The notes below the pieces were generated by a model. That model saw nothing but the letters and a program-made list of their open reading frames with translations. It was not told the DNA's origin and did no database searches. The position numbers were made by a program, and so were the translations under genes. This document shows, piece by piece, positions 49,412 through 58,400 of a stretch of 64,000 nucleotides of DNA (position 1 is its first letter; each line of letters starts with the position of its first letter). The stretch is from an uncultured Verrucomicrobiae bacterium (GTDB lineage Bacteria > Verrucomicrobiota > Verrucomicrobiia > Opitutales > JABDGR01): the NCBI GenBank assembly GCA_963765205.1, contig CAVXVB010000008.1, forward strand, positions 32,001 to 96,000. Direction: 5' to 3'.

Positions 49412-50824
49412 ATGGCTTCTGTAACCTGTGCGGCGGTGGATTTGGGCGCGACGAGCGGGCGCGTCATCGTCGGCGTCTGGGGTAAAAAGCCTGCGCTGAC
49501 GGAGGTTCACCGTTTCCCGAACGCCTTCCACGCCCTCGGGGTTCACGATTACTGGAACCTGCCTGGATTGTGGAATGAGGTGTGCACGGGCCTGCGCAAG
49601 GCGAAGGCGCAGTTCCCGAAGCTCGCGTCCGTCGGCGTGGATTTTTGGGGGTGCGACCATGTGCTACTCAACGACGCCGGGCGCCTCGTGTTCCCGCCGC
49701 ACGCCTACCGCGACGCCCGCACGCAGGCCGGCCTCCAGGCGCTGGCCGCGCGCGGCCTCGACCACATCTACGCCGCCACCGGCCTGCCGAACGTCTTCTA
49801 TAATTCGAGCCTCCAACTCGCGGAAGTCGTGCGCAACTGCCCGGCCGTCACCGACCTCGCCACGCGCTGCCTGTTTTTGCCGGACTATTTCAATTACCTG
49901 CTCGCGGGGCGGATGGAGAATGAAATGTCCATCGCCAGCACCACGCAATTGCTCGACGTGCATGGGCGGGACTGGTCGCGCGCGGCGCTCGAATTTTTTC
50001 ATATTCCCCCGCAATGGTTCACGCCGCCGGTTTTGGCGAACACGAAGCTCGGCCGCGTGCGCGGGCTGCCGGAACTCAAGAGCGTCACGTCCATTGTCGT
50101 CCCGGGGCACGACACCGCGTGCGCCTACGACGCGATGCCGGCCGACCCCGCGGGCGGCGACTTGTATATCAGTTCCGGCACCTGGTCGCTGGTCGGCTGC
50201 GAGAACGACACGCCGATCCTCGGCCCCGAGGCGCTCCAGGCCCACGTGGCCAACGAACGCACCGGCCGCGGCGGTTATCGTCCGCTCACGAACATCGTCG
50301 GCCTCTGGCTGCTCGAACGGACGCTGCTCGATTTCAGCGCGCGCCCGCAGAGCGCCGGCGAATGGGCCGCGCTCATCAAAGCCGCGGAAAAATTGCCCGC
50401 GCCGAAAGTCCTGCTCGACGTGAACGACCCGGTTTTCGGCAACCCCCCCTCGATGCGCGCCGCGATTGACGCGCAGCTCAAAAAGAAAAAAGCCCGGCCG
50501 CCGGCGAACGTCGCGGGCTACGCGCGCCTGATTTTCGACTCGCTCGGCGCGGGCCATGCCGGCGCGTTGCGGATGCTCGCGCGCCTCGGCGGGAAAACCT
50601 TCCGGCGCATCCTCATGGTCGGCGGCGGCGCGAAAAACCGGCTGCTCTGCCAGGCGACGGCCGACGCCGCGGGCGTGCCGGTCGTGGCCTTCGCGCTCGA
50701 AGGCACCGCGCTGGGCAACCTCGCCAGCCAGTGGGTCGCCCTCGGCGTGGTCCGCGACCGCGCGGCCTTCCGCGCCCACCTCGCGCCCACCCTCCAGCAA
50801 ACCATTTACACGCCCCGCAATTAG
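49412..50824 (+). CDS. rhaB: Rhamnulokinase/fuculokinase (FGGY family)
   Basis: AVDLGATSGRV, YRD.RT, ASTTQL, HDTACA, SSGTWSLVG, GLWLL, VGGG. Confidence 0.88.
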   Translation: MASVTCAAVDLGATSGRVIVGVWGKKPALTEVHRFPNAFHALGVHDYWNLPGLWNEVCTGLRKAKAQFPKLASVGVDFWGCDHVLLNDAGRLVFPPHAYRDARTQAGLQALAARGLDHIYAATGLPNVFYNSSLQLAEVVRNCPAVTDLATRCLFLPDYFNYLLAGRMENEMSIASTTQLLDVHGRDWSRAALEFFHIPPQWFTPPVLANTKLGRVRGLPELKSVTSIVVPGHDTACAYDAMPADPAGGDLYISSGTWSLVGCENDTPILGPEALQAHVANERTGRGGYRPLTNIVGLWLLERTLLDFSARPQSAGEWAALIKAAEKLPAPKVLLDVNDPVFGNPPSMRAAIDAQLKKKKARPPANVAGYARLIFDSLGAGHAGALRMLARLGGKTFRRILMVGGGAKNRLLCQATADAAGVPVVAFALEGTALGNLASQWVALGVVRDRAAFRAHLAPTLQQTIYTPRN

Positions 50825-50887
50825 GCTGACTTTCCGCCGGGAATCTGTCTCAAAATTGAAAAACGAAATGATTTCGCACGAATGCCG

Positions 50888-50959
50888 CGGGCGCAGCAAG
50901 CCTGCGCCCCTACAAGAGAACCGACGCGACCCTGGAGGGGCGCAGTCTCGCTGCGCCCG
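50888..50959. repeat. GTAG-type REP doublet
   Basis: GGGCGCAGCAAGCCTGCGCCCCTAC ... GGAGGGGCGCAGTCTCGCTGCGCCC; relatives at 52114 and 61380. Confidence 0.8.
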
Positions 50960-50995
50960 CTTCGAAAGGAGTTTGCGCGGAATTTTTTCTTTGCC

Positions 50996-51088
50996 GCCTC
51001 AGTGCCTCAGTGTCTCAGTGCCTTAGTCCCTCAGTCGCCTCAGTCGCTTTAGTCGCCTCAGTGCCTTTGTCCCTCAGTCCCTTTGCCC
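50996..51088 (+). repeat. Degenerate octamer array (GCCTCAGT)n, about 11 units
   Basis: GCCTCAGT GCCTCAGT GTCTCAGT GCCTTAGT CCCTCAGT... Confidence 0.8.
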
Positions 51089-51104
51089 CTTCGCCCTCTC
51101 CTCA

Positions 51105-51875
51105 ATGAGCACCCCCTCCCCCACCCGCCCGACCGGCCACCGCGTGCAAATGCTCGCCACCTGCCTGTGCGACGCGTTTTTCGACGACGCCGCGCGCGCG
51201 ACCGTCGAGGTGCTCGAACACCTCGGCTGCGCCATTGATTTTCCCGAGACGCAAACCTGCTGCGGGCAGCCGGCGTTCAACGCGGGCGACTGGCCGGCCT
51301 CGCGGCGCGTCGTGCGGCACACCGTAAAAGTTTTTGCCGGCGACGCGCCGGTCGTCGTGCCCAGCGCGTCCTGCGCGGCCATGCTCATCCACGGCGCGCC
51401 CCTCGAATTTGAAAAAGAAGCCGACCACGGCAACGTCGAAAAACTCGGCGGGCGCACCTGGGAACTCGCGGACTTCATTGTCAACGGCCTCGGCGTGAAA
51501 ACGTGGCCCGGAAAATACCCGGCGAAAATCGCGTTCCACACCTCCTGCCACTCGCGCGGCACGAAAAGCGGCGAGGCGACGATCAGTTTGCTGCGCTCCA
51601 TCGCGGGCGTGGAAGTCGTCGTTTTTGGCGAAGGCGAGCAATGCTGCGGTTTCGGGGGCACGTTCTCGGTCGCCTTCCCGAATATTTCGACCGGCATGGG
51701 CAACCTAAAACTCGAACACGTCCGCGCGGCCAATCCCGACGTGCTCGTCTCCGGCGACTCGAGCTGCCTGATGCACCTCGCCGGCCTGGCGGAAAAAGAA
51801 GGCCACCCCCTCCGCACCCTCCACTTCGCGCAAATTTTAAGAGACGCGCTGAAGAACGGCGGGGTGCTCGGGTAG
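51105..51875 (+). CDS. lutA: L-lactate utilization protein A (two CCG domains)
   Basis: TCL.D, QTCCGQPAFNAG, SASC, HTSCH, CCGFGGTF, D.SCLMHL. Confidence 0.92.
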   Translation: MSTPSPTRPTGHRVQMLATCLCDAFFDDAARATVEVLEHLGCAIDFPETQTCCGQPAFNAGDWPASRRVVRHTVKVFAGDAPVVVPSASCAAMLIHGAPLEFEKEADHGNVEKLGGRTWELADFIVNGLGVKTWPGKYPAKIAFHTSCHSRGTKSGEATISLLRSIAGVEVVVFGEGEQCCGFGGTFSVAFPNISTGMGNLKLEHVRAANPDVLVSGDSSCLMHLAGLAEKEGHPLRTLHFAQILRDALKNGGVLG

Positions 51876-51885
51876 GTCGTGCTTT

Positions 51886-52101
51886 TTAATCTGCCTTGAC
51901 TGGCTTTATGAAGCCAAGATGGTCTGGACCATGCCACTTGAGGAAATTTGCAGTCCAACCTTCTTGACTTGTAACCCCGCCAGGTGCTTCCCGTCTGGCC
52001 CATCCGGCTCGAATGAAGCTTATCTCCTCATCTAAAAGCCTTTGGAATGAGTAAACGGCGTCAAGAGTGTGACAAATTTGATGCGTTGTGACATTGATCA
52101 T
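51886..52101 (-). CDS. Short AT-rich orphan ORF or gene fragment
   Basis: 71 aa, composition shift, GTAG REP immediately upstream. Confidence 0.3.
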   Translation of the reverse strand: MINVTTHQICHTLDAVYSFQRLLDEEISFIRAGWARREAPGGVTSQEGWTANFLKWHGPDHLGFIKPVKAD

Positions 52102-52113
52102 GCCTATTGAGGT

Positions 52114-52137
52114 TAGGGGCGCAGTCTTGCTGCGCCC
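52114..52137. repeat. Single GTAG-type REP
   Basis: TAGGGGCGCAGTCTTGCTGCGCCC. Confidence 0.7.
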
Positions 52138-52319
52138 TCAATGGAGCTATGGCCTAAAACGGTTATTCACGCCTTATGCGCAGGTTATTCACCGGCTTGT
52201 GCGCAGGGTTGGCGCCTGGTTTGTGAAGAAAATTTGTTTCATTTGGGCAAAAAAACGTTGCGGGCGCGCGCGGCGCGCTCTGTAGTGCGCGGTTTAACGC
52301 CCACCATTCACCCGCGCGC

Positions 52320-55300
52320 ATGTTCCTCCGCGAAGTCCAAATCAACGGATTCAAAAGTTTTGCCGACCGCACCCGCATTGCGATGCAGCCCGGGGTGACG
52401 GCCATTGTCGGCCCCAACGGCTGCGGCAAGAGCAACATCGTGGACGCCATCCGCTGGGTGCTCGGCGAGCAGAGCGCCAAGGCCCTGCGTGGCGGCAAGA
52501 TGGAGGACGTGATCTTCGCCGGCACCGACACGCGCAAGGCTCTGCCCGTCTGCGAGGTCTCGCTGACGTTCACCGATTGCGAAAAGGAGCTCGGCACGGC
52601 CTTCCACGAAGTCGAGATCGGCCGCCGCGTCGGGCGCGACGGCGTGGGCGAATACTCCATCAACGGCAAACAATGCCGCCTCAAGGACATCCACCGGCTG
52701 TTCATGGACACCGGCGTGGGGCGCGTCTCCTACTCGTTCATGGTGCAGGGGCAGATTGACCAGATTCTCTCCAGCAACCCGGCCGAGCGGCGTTCGATTT
52801 TCGAGGAGGCCGCCGGCATCACACGCTACAAGAGCCAGCGCCGCGAGGCCTTGGGCAAACTGGCCCTCGTCGAGCAGAACCTCGCGCGCGCCACCGATGT
52901 GATCGAGGAGGTCGCGCGGCAAATCGGCTCGCTCAAGCGCCAGGCGGGCAAGGCGCTGCGCTACCAGCGCCTCAAGCACCGGCTGACGAAGCTCGACCTC
53001 GCCCACAACGCGCATTTCTTTACCCAGCGCCAGGCGGCCATCGCGCGGCTCGAGAGCCTCGCCACCGCCGCCCAGGCCGCCGCCGCCGACACCGCCTCGA
53101 CCCTGCGCGAGCGCGAAGAGCGCGTGGCCGAACTCAAGGCCGACCGCGCGGAACTGACGCGCAAATTGCAGGACGCGCAGCAGGCCGTCTTCGACCTGCG
53201 CTCGGAAATGGAAAGCGCCCAGAGCCAGGCGGAATTTTCCTTCGTGCGGAAGGAAGACCTCGGCGGGCGCCTCGGCGAAATCGAGAGCGAAATTTCCGGC
53301 CTGCGCGCCCAACTGGCCGAATTGGACGAGCGCATGTCCGCCGACTCCGCGCACCAGCAGGGCGCGCTCGGCTCGATGGGCACCTCCGACTCCACCTTCC
53401 GCACGCGCCAGGCCGATCATGAAGCCGCCCAGACCGCGCTCGAGGCCGGCGAACGCGCCTTGCAGGACCGCCGGCAGCACCTCCTCGTGCTCGAAAGCGG
53501 CATCACGCGCCTGCGCACCAACAGCACCCACCTCGAAGTTGACTTAAAGACTTACCAGATCAAGCACGCCGCCCTGGCCGACGCGGTTTTTCAGCTCACG
53601 CAGGAACAGGCCGGGCTGGATCAGCAGCAGGCGCAACTCGCCGCGGCCCGGGCCGCTCGCGCGGGCGAACATGCCACGGCGCAACAAGCCGCCACCGAGG
53701 CCCAGGCTGCCGAGACCGCGCTCCGCCTGCAATTCCGCGACACGCAGGCGCGCATCCAGGACTTGGACCGCCAACTCGCGCGCGGCGCGGCGCAACTGGC
53801 AGCGATGGAGGGCTTGCAGGCGCGTTTCGAGGGCTTTTCCGAGGGCGCCAAGGCGATTCTCCAGGGTAAACTCGAAGACGTTTTGCCCAAAGGCACTTTT
53901 TCGATTTTGACGAAATTGGTTGAGATTGACGACGCCGACGCGCCGGCCATCGAGGCGTTGCTCGGACCGGCCGCGGATGCGCTGGCGCTGGCGGACTTCG
54001 CCGCGGCGGGGCCAGTCGCAAGCCGCCTGGCAGCCGGGCAGCTCGGGCGCGCGTGCTTGCAGGTACCCGCACCGTCGCGCGCCAAAATTTCCGCGCCCGC
54101 CGACCTGCCCGCGGGCATCCGCCCGGTGCTGGGCGCGGTGGCACTGCGCGAAGGGAACGCCGCCTGGCAGCCGCGCCTCGAAAATTTGCTCGGCGACTGT
54201 TACCTCGCCGATTCGCTGGAAAACTTCCTCGCCTTCTGGGCCGCGCACCCGGATTTCGAATTCGGGCTGGCCGCCACCGCGCGCGGCGAAGTCGTGGACC
54301 GCCGCGGGTTGATTTTTGGCGGTGTCTCCGACGGTGGCAAAAAAGAGAATTCATTCCTCCAGCGCGAATCCGACATCCGCCGCCTGCGCAAGGAACTCAA
54401 AACCAAAAACGAGGCTTTGACGCAGCACACCGAAACCTCGATGCGCCTGCAGGCGGAATTGGACGCAGCCGAGGCGCTGATCGCCGAAAAACGCGCGCGC
54501 GTCGGCGAGCTGGCGCAGGAAGTCGCCACTGTCGAGACGCAGGTGAAAACACTCGCGCAGGCCCTCGCGCAAAACGCCGACAACGCCGGCCGCCAGCGCC
54601 GCCAGCTTGAGGAACTCGAGCAAACCCGCGCCGAGGCCGAGCAGCGCCACGCCCGCGCCCAGGCCGACCTCGCCGGGGCCGAGGCGCAAATTTCCGGCGA
54701 GCGAGAAGCCATCACCGCCGGCGAGGAAAAGCTCACCGGCCTGCGCGCCGCGCGCGACCGCTGCCAGGAGGCCCTGGCCGAAGCGCGCCTCGAACTGGCC
54801 GAAAAGCGCCAGCGCGTCCAAATCCTCGACCGCAACCTCGGCGAGCTGCAGGCCCAGCGCCGCGACCTCGACACCCGCCTGCTGCGCCGCGCGCAGGAAA
54901 TTGACGCCGCGCGCGAGCAAATCGCCGAGCTGGAAAAATCCGCCGCCGACCAAAAAGCCCGCGCTGCGCAACTTCAGCAGACCCTTGCGACGGCCACCGA
55001 ATCGCTCGAAACCGACCGCCAGGCCGTGTTGCGCCGCGAGCACGAAATCAACGAGTTGGAAGCCGGCCTGGCCGGCGAGCGCGACCGCCGCCGCGAGCGC
55101 GAGGCCGAACTCCACGCCCACGAGGTCAAGCTCGCCGAGGAGCGTTCGCAGTCTGCCTTCCTCGAGGAAAAAGTCCGCACCGAGCACCAGCTCGACATCC
55201 GGCAAATTGACTGGAAGCGCGAATTGTGGAGCGCGGACGAGCAATTTGCCACCCGCGTCAAGCTCGACGACTTGGACGAAGACGCCGACCTCGCGCCGAA

Positions 55301-56117
55301 GCCCAAGCGCCCGCGCGGCGAGCCGACCGACGAGGATTTCGCCGCCATGGACCAAACGGACTGGGAACCGCTGGCGCGCGAGATCAAGGATTTGCGCGAG
55401 CGCATCGTTAGCATCGGCGCGGTGAACCTCGTCGCCATCGAGGAATACTCCGCGCTGCGCGAGCGCCACGACTTCTTGAAAACGCAGAGCGACGACCTCT
55501 GGAAATCCAAGGAAGACCTCGTCAAGGCCATTGACGAAATCAACCAGACCTCGCTGCAACTGTTCAAGGACACCTTCGAGCAAATCCGCAAAAATTTCCG
55601 CTTCACCTTCGAGAAACTGTTCGGCGGCGGCGAGGCCGACCTGGAATTGGTCGAGGCGGCGGACGTGCTCGACAGCGGCGTGGAAATCGTCGCCCGCCCG
55701 CCCGGTACAAAGCTGCGCAGCATCTCGCTGCTCTCCGGCGGCCAAAAGACGATGACCGCGCTCGCGCTGCTCTTCGCCATTTACATGGTCAAGCCCAGCC
55801 CCTTCTGCGTGCTCGACGAGTTGGACGCCCCGCTCGACGACGCGAACATCGGGCGCTTCACGGCGATGCTGCGCGACTTCACCCGCTATTCGCAGTTCCT
55901 CGTCGTCACCCACAACAAGCGCACCATCGCGACGGCGCAGACGATTTACGGCGTGACTATGCAAGAACGCGGCGTCACGCGCCTCATCTCGATGCGCCTC
56001 GACACGGAAACCGGCGAAGCGGTGGCCCACGGCGCCGGCCCCGCCACCCAAACCGCCACCACGCCCCCCACCCCGGCGGAGGAATCTGCGCCCGTAGTAA
56101 CTCCGACGCCGGCGTGA
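52320..56117 (+). CDS. smc: Chromosome segregation protein SMC
   Basis: GFKSFA, GPNGCGKSN, coiled coils and hinge, LSGGQK, LDELDAPLD, VTHNK. Confidence 0.97.
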   Translation: MFLREVQINGFKSFADRTRIAMQPGVTAIVGPNGCGKSNIVDAIRWVLGEQSAKALRGGKMEDVIFAGTDTRKALPVCEVSLTFTDCEKELGTAFHEVEIGRRVGRDGVGEYSINGKQCRLKDIHRLFMDTGVGRVSYSFMVQGQIDQILSSNPAERRSIFEEAAGITRYKSQRREALGKLALVEQNLARATDVIEEVARQIGSLKRQAGKALRYQRLKHRLTKLDLAHNAHFFTQRQAAIARLESLATAAQAAAADTASTLREREERVAELKADRAELTRKLQDAQQAVFDLRSEMESAQSQAEFSFVRKEDLGGRLGEIESEISGLRAQLAELDERMSADSAHQQGALGSMGTSDSTFRTRQADHEAAQTALEAGERALQDRRQHLLVLESGITRLRTNSTHLEVDLKTYQIKHAALADAVFQLTQEQAGLDQQQAQLAAARAARAGEHATAQQAATEAQAAETALRLQFRDTQARIQDLDRQLARGAAQLAAMEGLQARFEGFSEGAKAILQGKLEDVLPKGTFSILTKLVEIDDADAPAIEALLGPAADALALADFAAAGPVASRLAAGQLGRACLQVPAPSRAKISAPADLPAGIRPVLGAVALREGNAAWQPRLENLLGDCYLADSLENFLAFWAAHPDFEFGLAATARGEVVDRRGLIFGGVSDGGKKENSFLQRESDIRRLRKELKTKNEALTQHTETSMRLQAELDAAEALIAEKRARVGELAQEVATVETQVKTLAQALAQNADNAGRQRRQLEELEQTRAEAEQRHARAQADLAGAEAQISGEREAITAGEEKLTGLRAARDRCQEALAEARLELAEKRQRVQILDRNLGELQAQRRDLDTRLLRRAQEIDAAREQIAELEKSAADQKARAAQLQQTLATATESLETDRQAVLRREHEINELEAGLAGERDRRREREAELHAHEVKLAEERSQSAFLEEKVRTEHQLDIRQIDWKRELWSADEQFATRVKLDDLDEDADLAPKPKRPRGEPTDEDFAAMDQTDWEPLAREIKDLRERIVSIGAVNLVAIEEYSALRERHDFLKTQSDDLWKSKEDLVKAIDEINQTSLQLFKDTFEQIRKNFRFTFEKLFGGGEADLELVEAADVLDSGVEIVARPPGTKLRSISLLSGGQKTMTALALLFAIYMVKPSPFCVLDELDAPLDDANIGRFTAMLRDFTRYSQFLVVTHNKRTIATAQTIYGVTMQERGVTRLISMRLDTETGEAVAHGAGPATQTATTPPTPAEESAPVVTPTPA

Positions 56118-56120
56118 AAA

Positions 56121-56243
56121 TTCACCGCCAAGGCGCAAAGGGCGCAAAGAATAAATTCTGTTAATTCTGTTCACCCAAGCACGAAGTGCCGGGAGTGATT
56201 CTGTCAAAATCTTCCTTGACGTTCTTTGCGTCTTTGCGGTGAA
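56121..56243. repeat. REP-like palindrome, TTCACCGC family
   Basis: TTCACCGCCAAGGCGCAAAGGGCGCAAAG ... CTTTGCGTCTTTGCGGTGAA between convergent genes. Confidence 0.8.
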
Positions 56244-56267
56244 TTGTCTTGGTCTCTAACACGCCTT

Positions 56268-56930
56268 CTAATCAAACTGCTTGCGGAATTCGGCAAACTG
56301 CGCCTGGAGATCGTTGAATTGCTGGCGCAGTTTTTCAATTTCAGCTTCGAGTTTGGCCACACGTTCCGGGTCGGTGGGCACCGGAGGCGCGGCGGGTTCC
56401 GTGGGCGTCGGCGCTTCCGCCGCGGTTTCAACGTTAATATCACCGCCGAGCAAATGGGCGTAGCGCGATTCCTTCGTCCCCGGCGCGCGCGGCAATTTGC
56501 GCACGAGCGGTTCGGCGCGCGCGGCAAGGCGTTGCAAGACCTCCTCGACCGCGGCCAGACATTCGAAGTTGTGCAGGTGGGCCGTGCGCGAACGCAATTC
56601 GCCAGGCGTTTGCGGCCCGCGCAGCAGCAGCACGCACAGCACGGCGACTTCCGGGGTTTCCAGTTCAAACGCCTTGGGAAAAGTGTGGCCATACTTGGGC
56701 ACGCGCGCGCTCGCGCCGTCGAAGGCAAAGGCGAGCTGGTTTTGCCGCAGCCGGTCAAGCGCGCGCAGCACCGTCGCCTCGCCGTAACTGACCACGGGGT
56801 CGCGGTTGTTCTTCTGGTTGCAGGCGTTGACCAGCGCGTTGAGCGTCAGCGGGTAGTAATCAGGCGTGGCGATCTGTTTTTCCACCAACGCGCCGAGCAC
56901 GCGCATTTCTTCGAAGTTGAGCACGATCAT
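56268..56930 (-). CDS. YceH/DUF480 family protein
   Basis: RVLGALVEK..TPDYYPLTLNAL..ACNQK, LLLRGPQTPGELR, RYAHLL. Confidence 0.92.
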   Translation of the reverse strand: MIVLNFEEMRVLGALVEKQIATPDYYPLTLNALVNACNQKNNRDPVVSYGEATVLRALDRLRQNQLAFAFDGASARVPKYGHTFPKAFELETPEVAVLCVLLLRGPQTPGELRSRTAHLHNFECLAAVEEVLQRLAARAEPLVRKLPRAPGTKESRYAHLLGGDINVETAAEAPTPTEPAAPPVPTDPERVAKLEAEIEKLRQQFNDLQAQFAEFRKQFD

Positions 56931-57101
56931 GAGGTTGGGTTCCGGCCACCGGCGCGGAACAAAGAGAATAGGCGGATGGCCGCGCCTCGACAAGAAGGCA
57001 TTGCGGCCATAAATGGCGACCACCCTCCTCCGAGGTTTGACAGCCGCGCGCCGTTCGGGCATTAAGGCACGTTTACCCATTCCTTCCCCGCTCTTCCCGC
57101 G

Positions 57102-58319
57102 ATGGCTCTTATCGTCCAAAAATATGGCGGCACCTCCGTCGGCAACCCTGACCGCATCCGGCACGTGGCCAAACGCATCAAGGCCCACCACGACCGCGGC
57201 GACCACGTCGTCGTCGTCGTCTCGGCGCGCAGCGGCGTGACCAACGAGTTGATTGACCGCGCCAAGGCCCTCAACTCCAACCCCGATGAGCGCGAGATGG
57301 ACACCCTCCTGGCCATCGGCGAGCAGGAGACCATCGCGCTGACGGCCATCGCTTTACACGCCATCGGCGTGCCAGCCGTGTCGCGCACTGGCCCCCAGGC
57401 AGGCATCATCACCGACGACGCCCACACCCGCGCCCGCATCCTCGATGTCACCGGCGGCGACGTCAAGGCGCAGCTCGCCGCGGGCAAGGTCGTCATCGTC
57501 GCAGGGTTCCAAGGGCTGAGCACCGACGGCCAGGTGACCACCCTCGGTCGCGGCGGCTCCGACCTCTCGGCCATCGCCATGGCCTGGGCGCTCCAGGCCG
57601 ACATCTGCCAGATTTACACCGACGTGGACGGCGTTTACACCGCCGACCCGCGCGTCGTCCCCGACGCCCGCAAGCTCGACGTGCTCTCCTACGACGAGAT
57701 GCTCGAACTGGCCTCCAGCGGCTCGAAGGTCATGCAGGCCCGCAGCGTCGAATTCGCGCAAAAATACAACGTCGTCTTTGAGGTTCGCTCCAGTTTCAAT
57801 GACAAACCCGGAACCATTGTGAAAACCGAAGCTCCCAACATGGAACAGATCCTGGTCCGCGGCGTGGCCGTGGACAAAAACCAGGTGAAATTCACCCTCA
57901 ACGACCTGCCCGACCGGCCGGGCGTCGCCGCCACGCTCTTTCAGGCGCTCGGCGCCCACGGCGTCGTCGTGGACATGATCATCCAAAACATCGGGCGTGG
58001 CGGCCGCGCCAACCTGACCTTCACGGTGGCGAAGGAGGACGTGCCGCGCTCGGAAAAGGTGCTCAATGAAGTGATTGCCACCCTCGGCGGGGGCAAACTC
58101 GGGCCGATGGCGGATATCGCCAAGGTTTCCGCCGTGGGCATCGGCATGCGGACGCACTCCGGCGTCGCCGCGAAATTCTTCGAGGCCCTGGCCAAAGCCG
58201 GGGTTAATATCATGATGATCACGACCTCGGAAATAAAAATTTCCGTGGCGATTGACCCCGCCCAGGCCGATACCGCCGCGAGGGCCGTCCACGCGGCGTT
58301 CGAGTTGGGCAAGACCTGA
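57102..58319 (+). CDS. lysC: Aspartate kinase
   Basis: VQKYGGTSV, TLGRGGSD, YTDVDGVYTADPR, two ACT domains (TSEIKIS). Confidence 0.96.
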   Translation: MALIVQKYGGTSVGNPDRIRHVAKRIKAHHDRGDHVVVVVSARSGVTNELIDRAKALNSNPDEREMDTLLAIGEQETIALTAIALHAIGVPAVSRTGPQAGIITDDAHTRARILDVTGGDVKAQLAAGKVVIVAGFQGLSTDGQVTTLGRGGSDLSAIAMAWALQADICQIYTDVDGVYTADPRVVPDARKLDVLSYDEMLELASSGSKVMQARSVEFAQKYNVVFEVRSSFNDKPGTIVKTEAPNMEQILVRGVAVDKNQVKFTLNDLPDRPGVAATLFQALGAHGVVVDMIIQNIGRGGRANLTFTVAKEDVPRSEKVLNEVIATLGGGKLGPMADIAKVSAVGIGMRTHSGVAAKFFEALAKAGVNIMMITTSEIKISVAIDPAQADTAARAVHAAFELGKT

Positions 58320-58322
58320 AGA

Positions 58323-58391
58323 TTCACTGCCCAGACGCCAAGCGCGCCAAGAAATTATTTGTCTTCGCGCCCTTTGCGCCTTTGCGGTGAA
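58323..58391. repeat. REP-like palindrome, TTCACCGC family
   Basis: TTCACTGCCCAGACGCCAAG ... CTTTGCGCCTTTGCGGTGAA. Confidence 0.7.
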
Positions 58392-58400
58392 CCCATCACC

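Noticed and set aside
50996..51088. Tandem array as CRISPR
   Set aside because: The 8-nt units have no unique spacers.
54351..56207. Long antisense ORFs (also 5022-6701, 35924-37327, 46541-47914)
   Set aside because: Shadows of high-GC coding genes with no recognisable motifs.
56940..57100. Possible tRNA or lysine riboswitch upstream of lysC
   Set aside because: No cloverleaf or riboswitch consensus seen; the region is a short divergent promoter.
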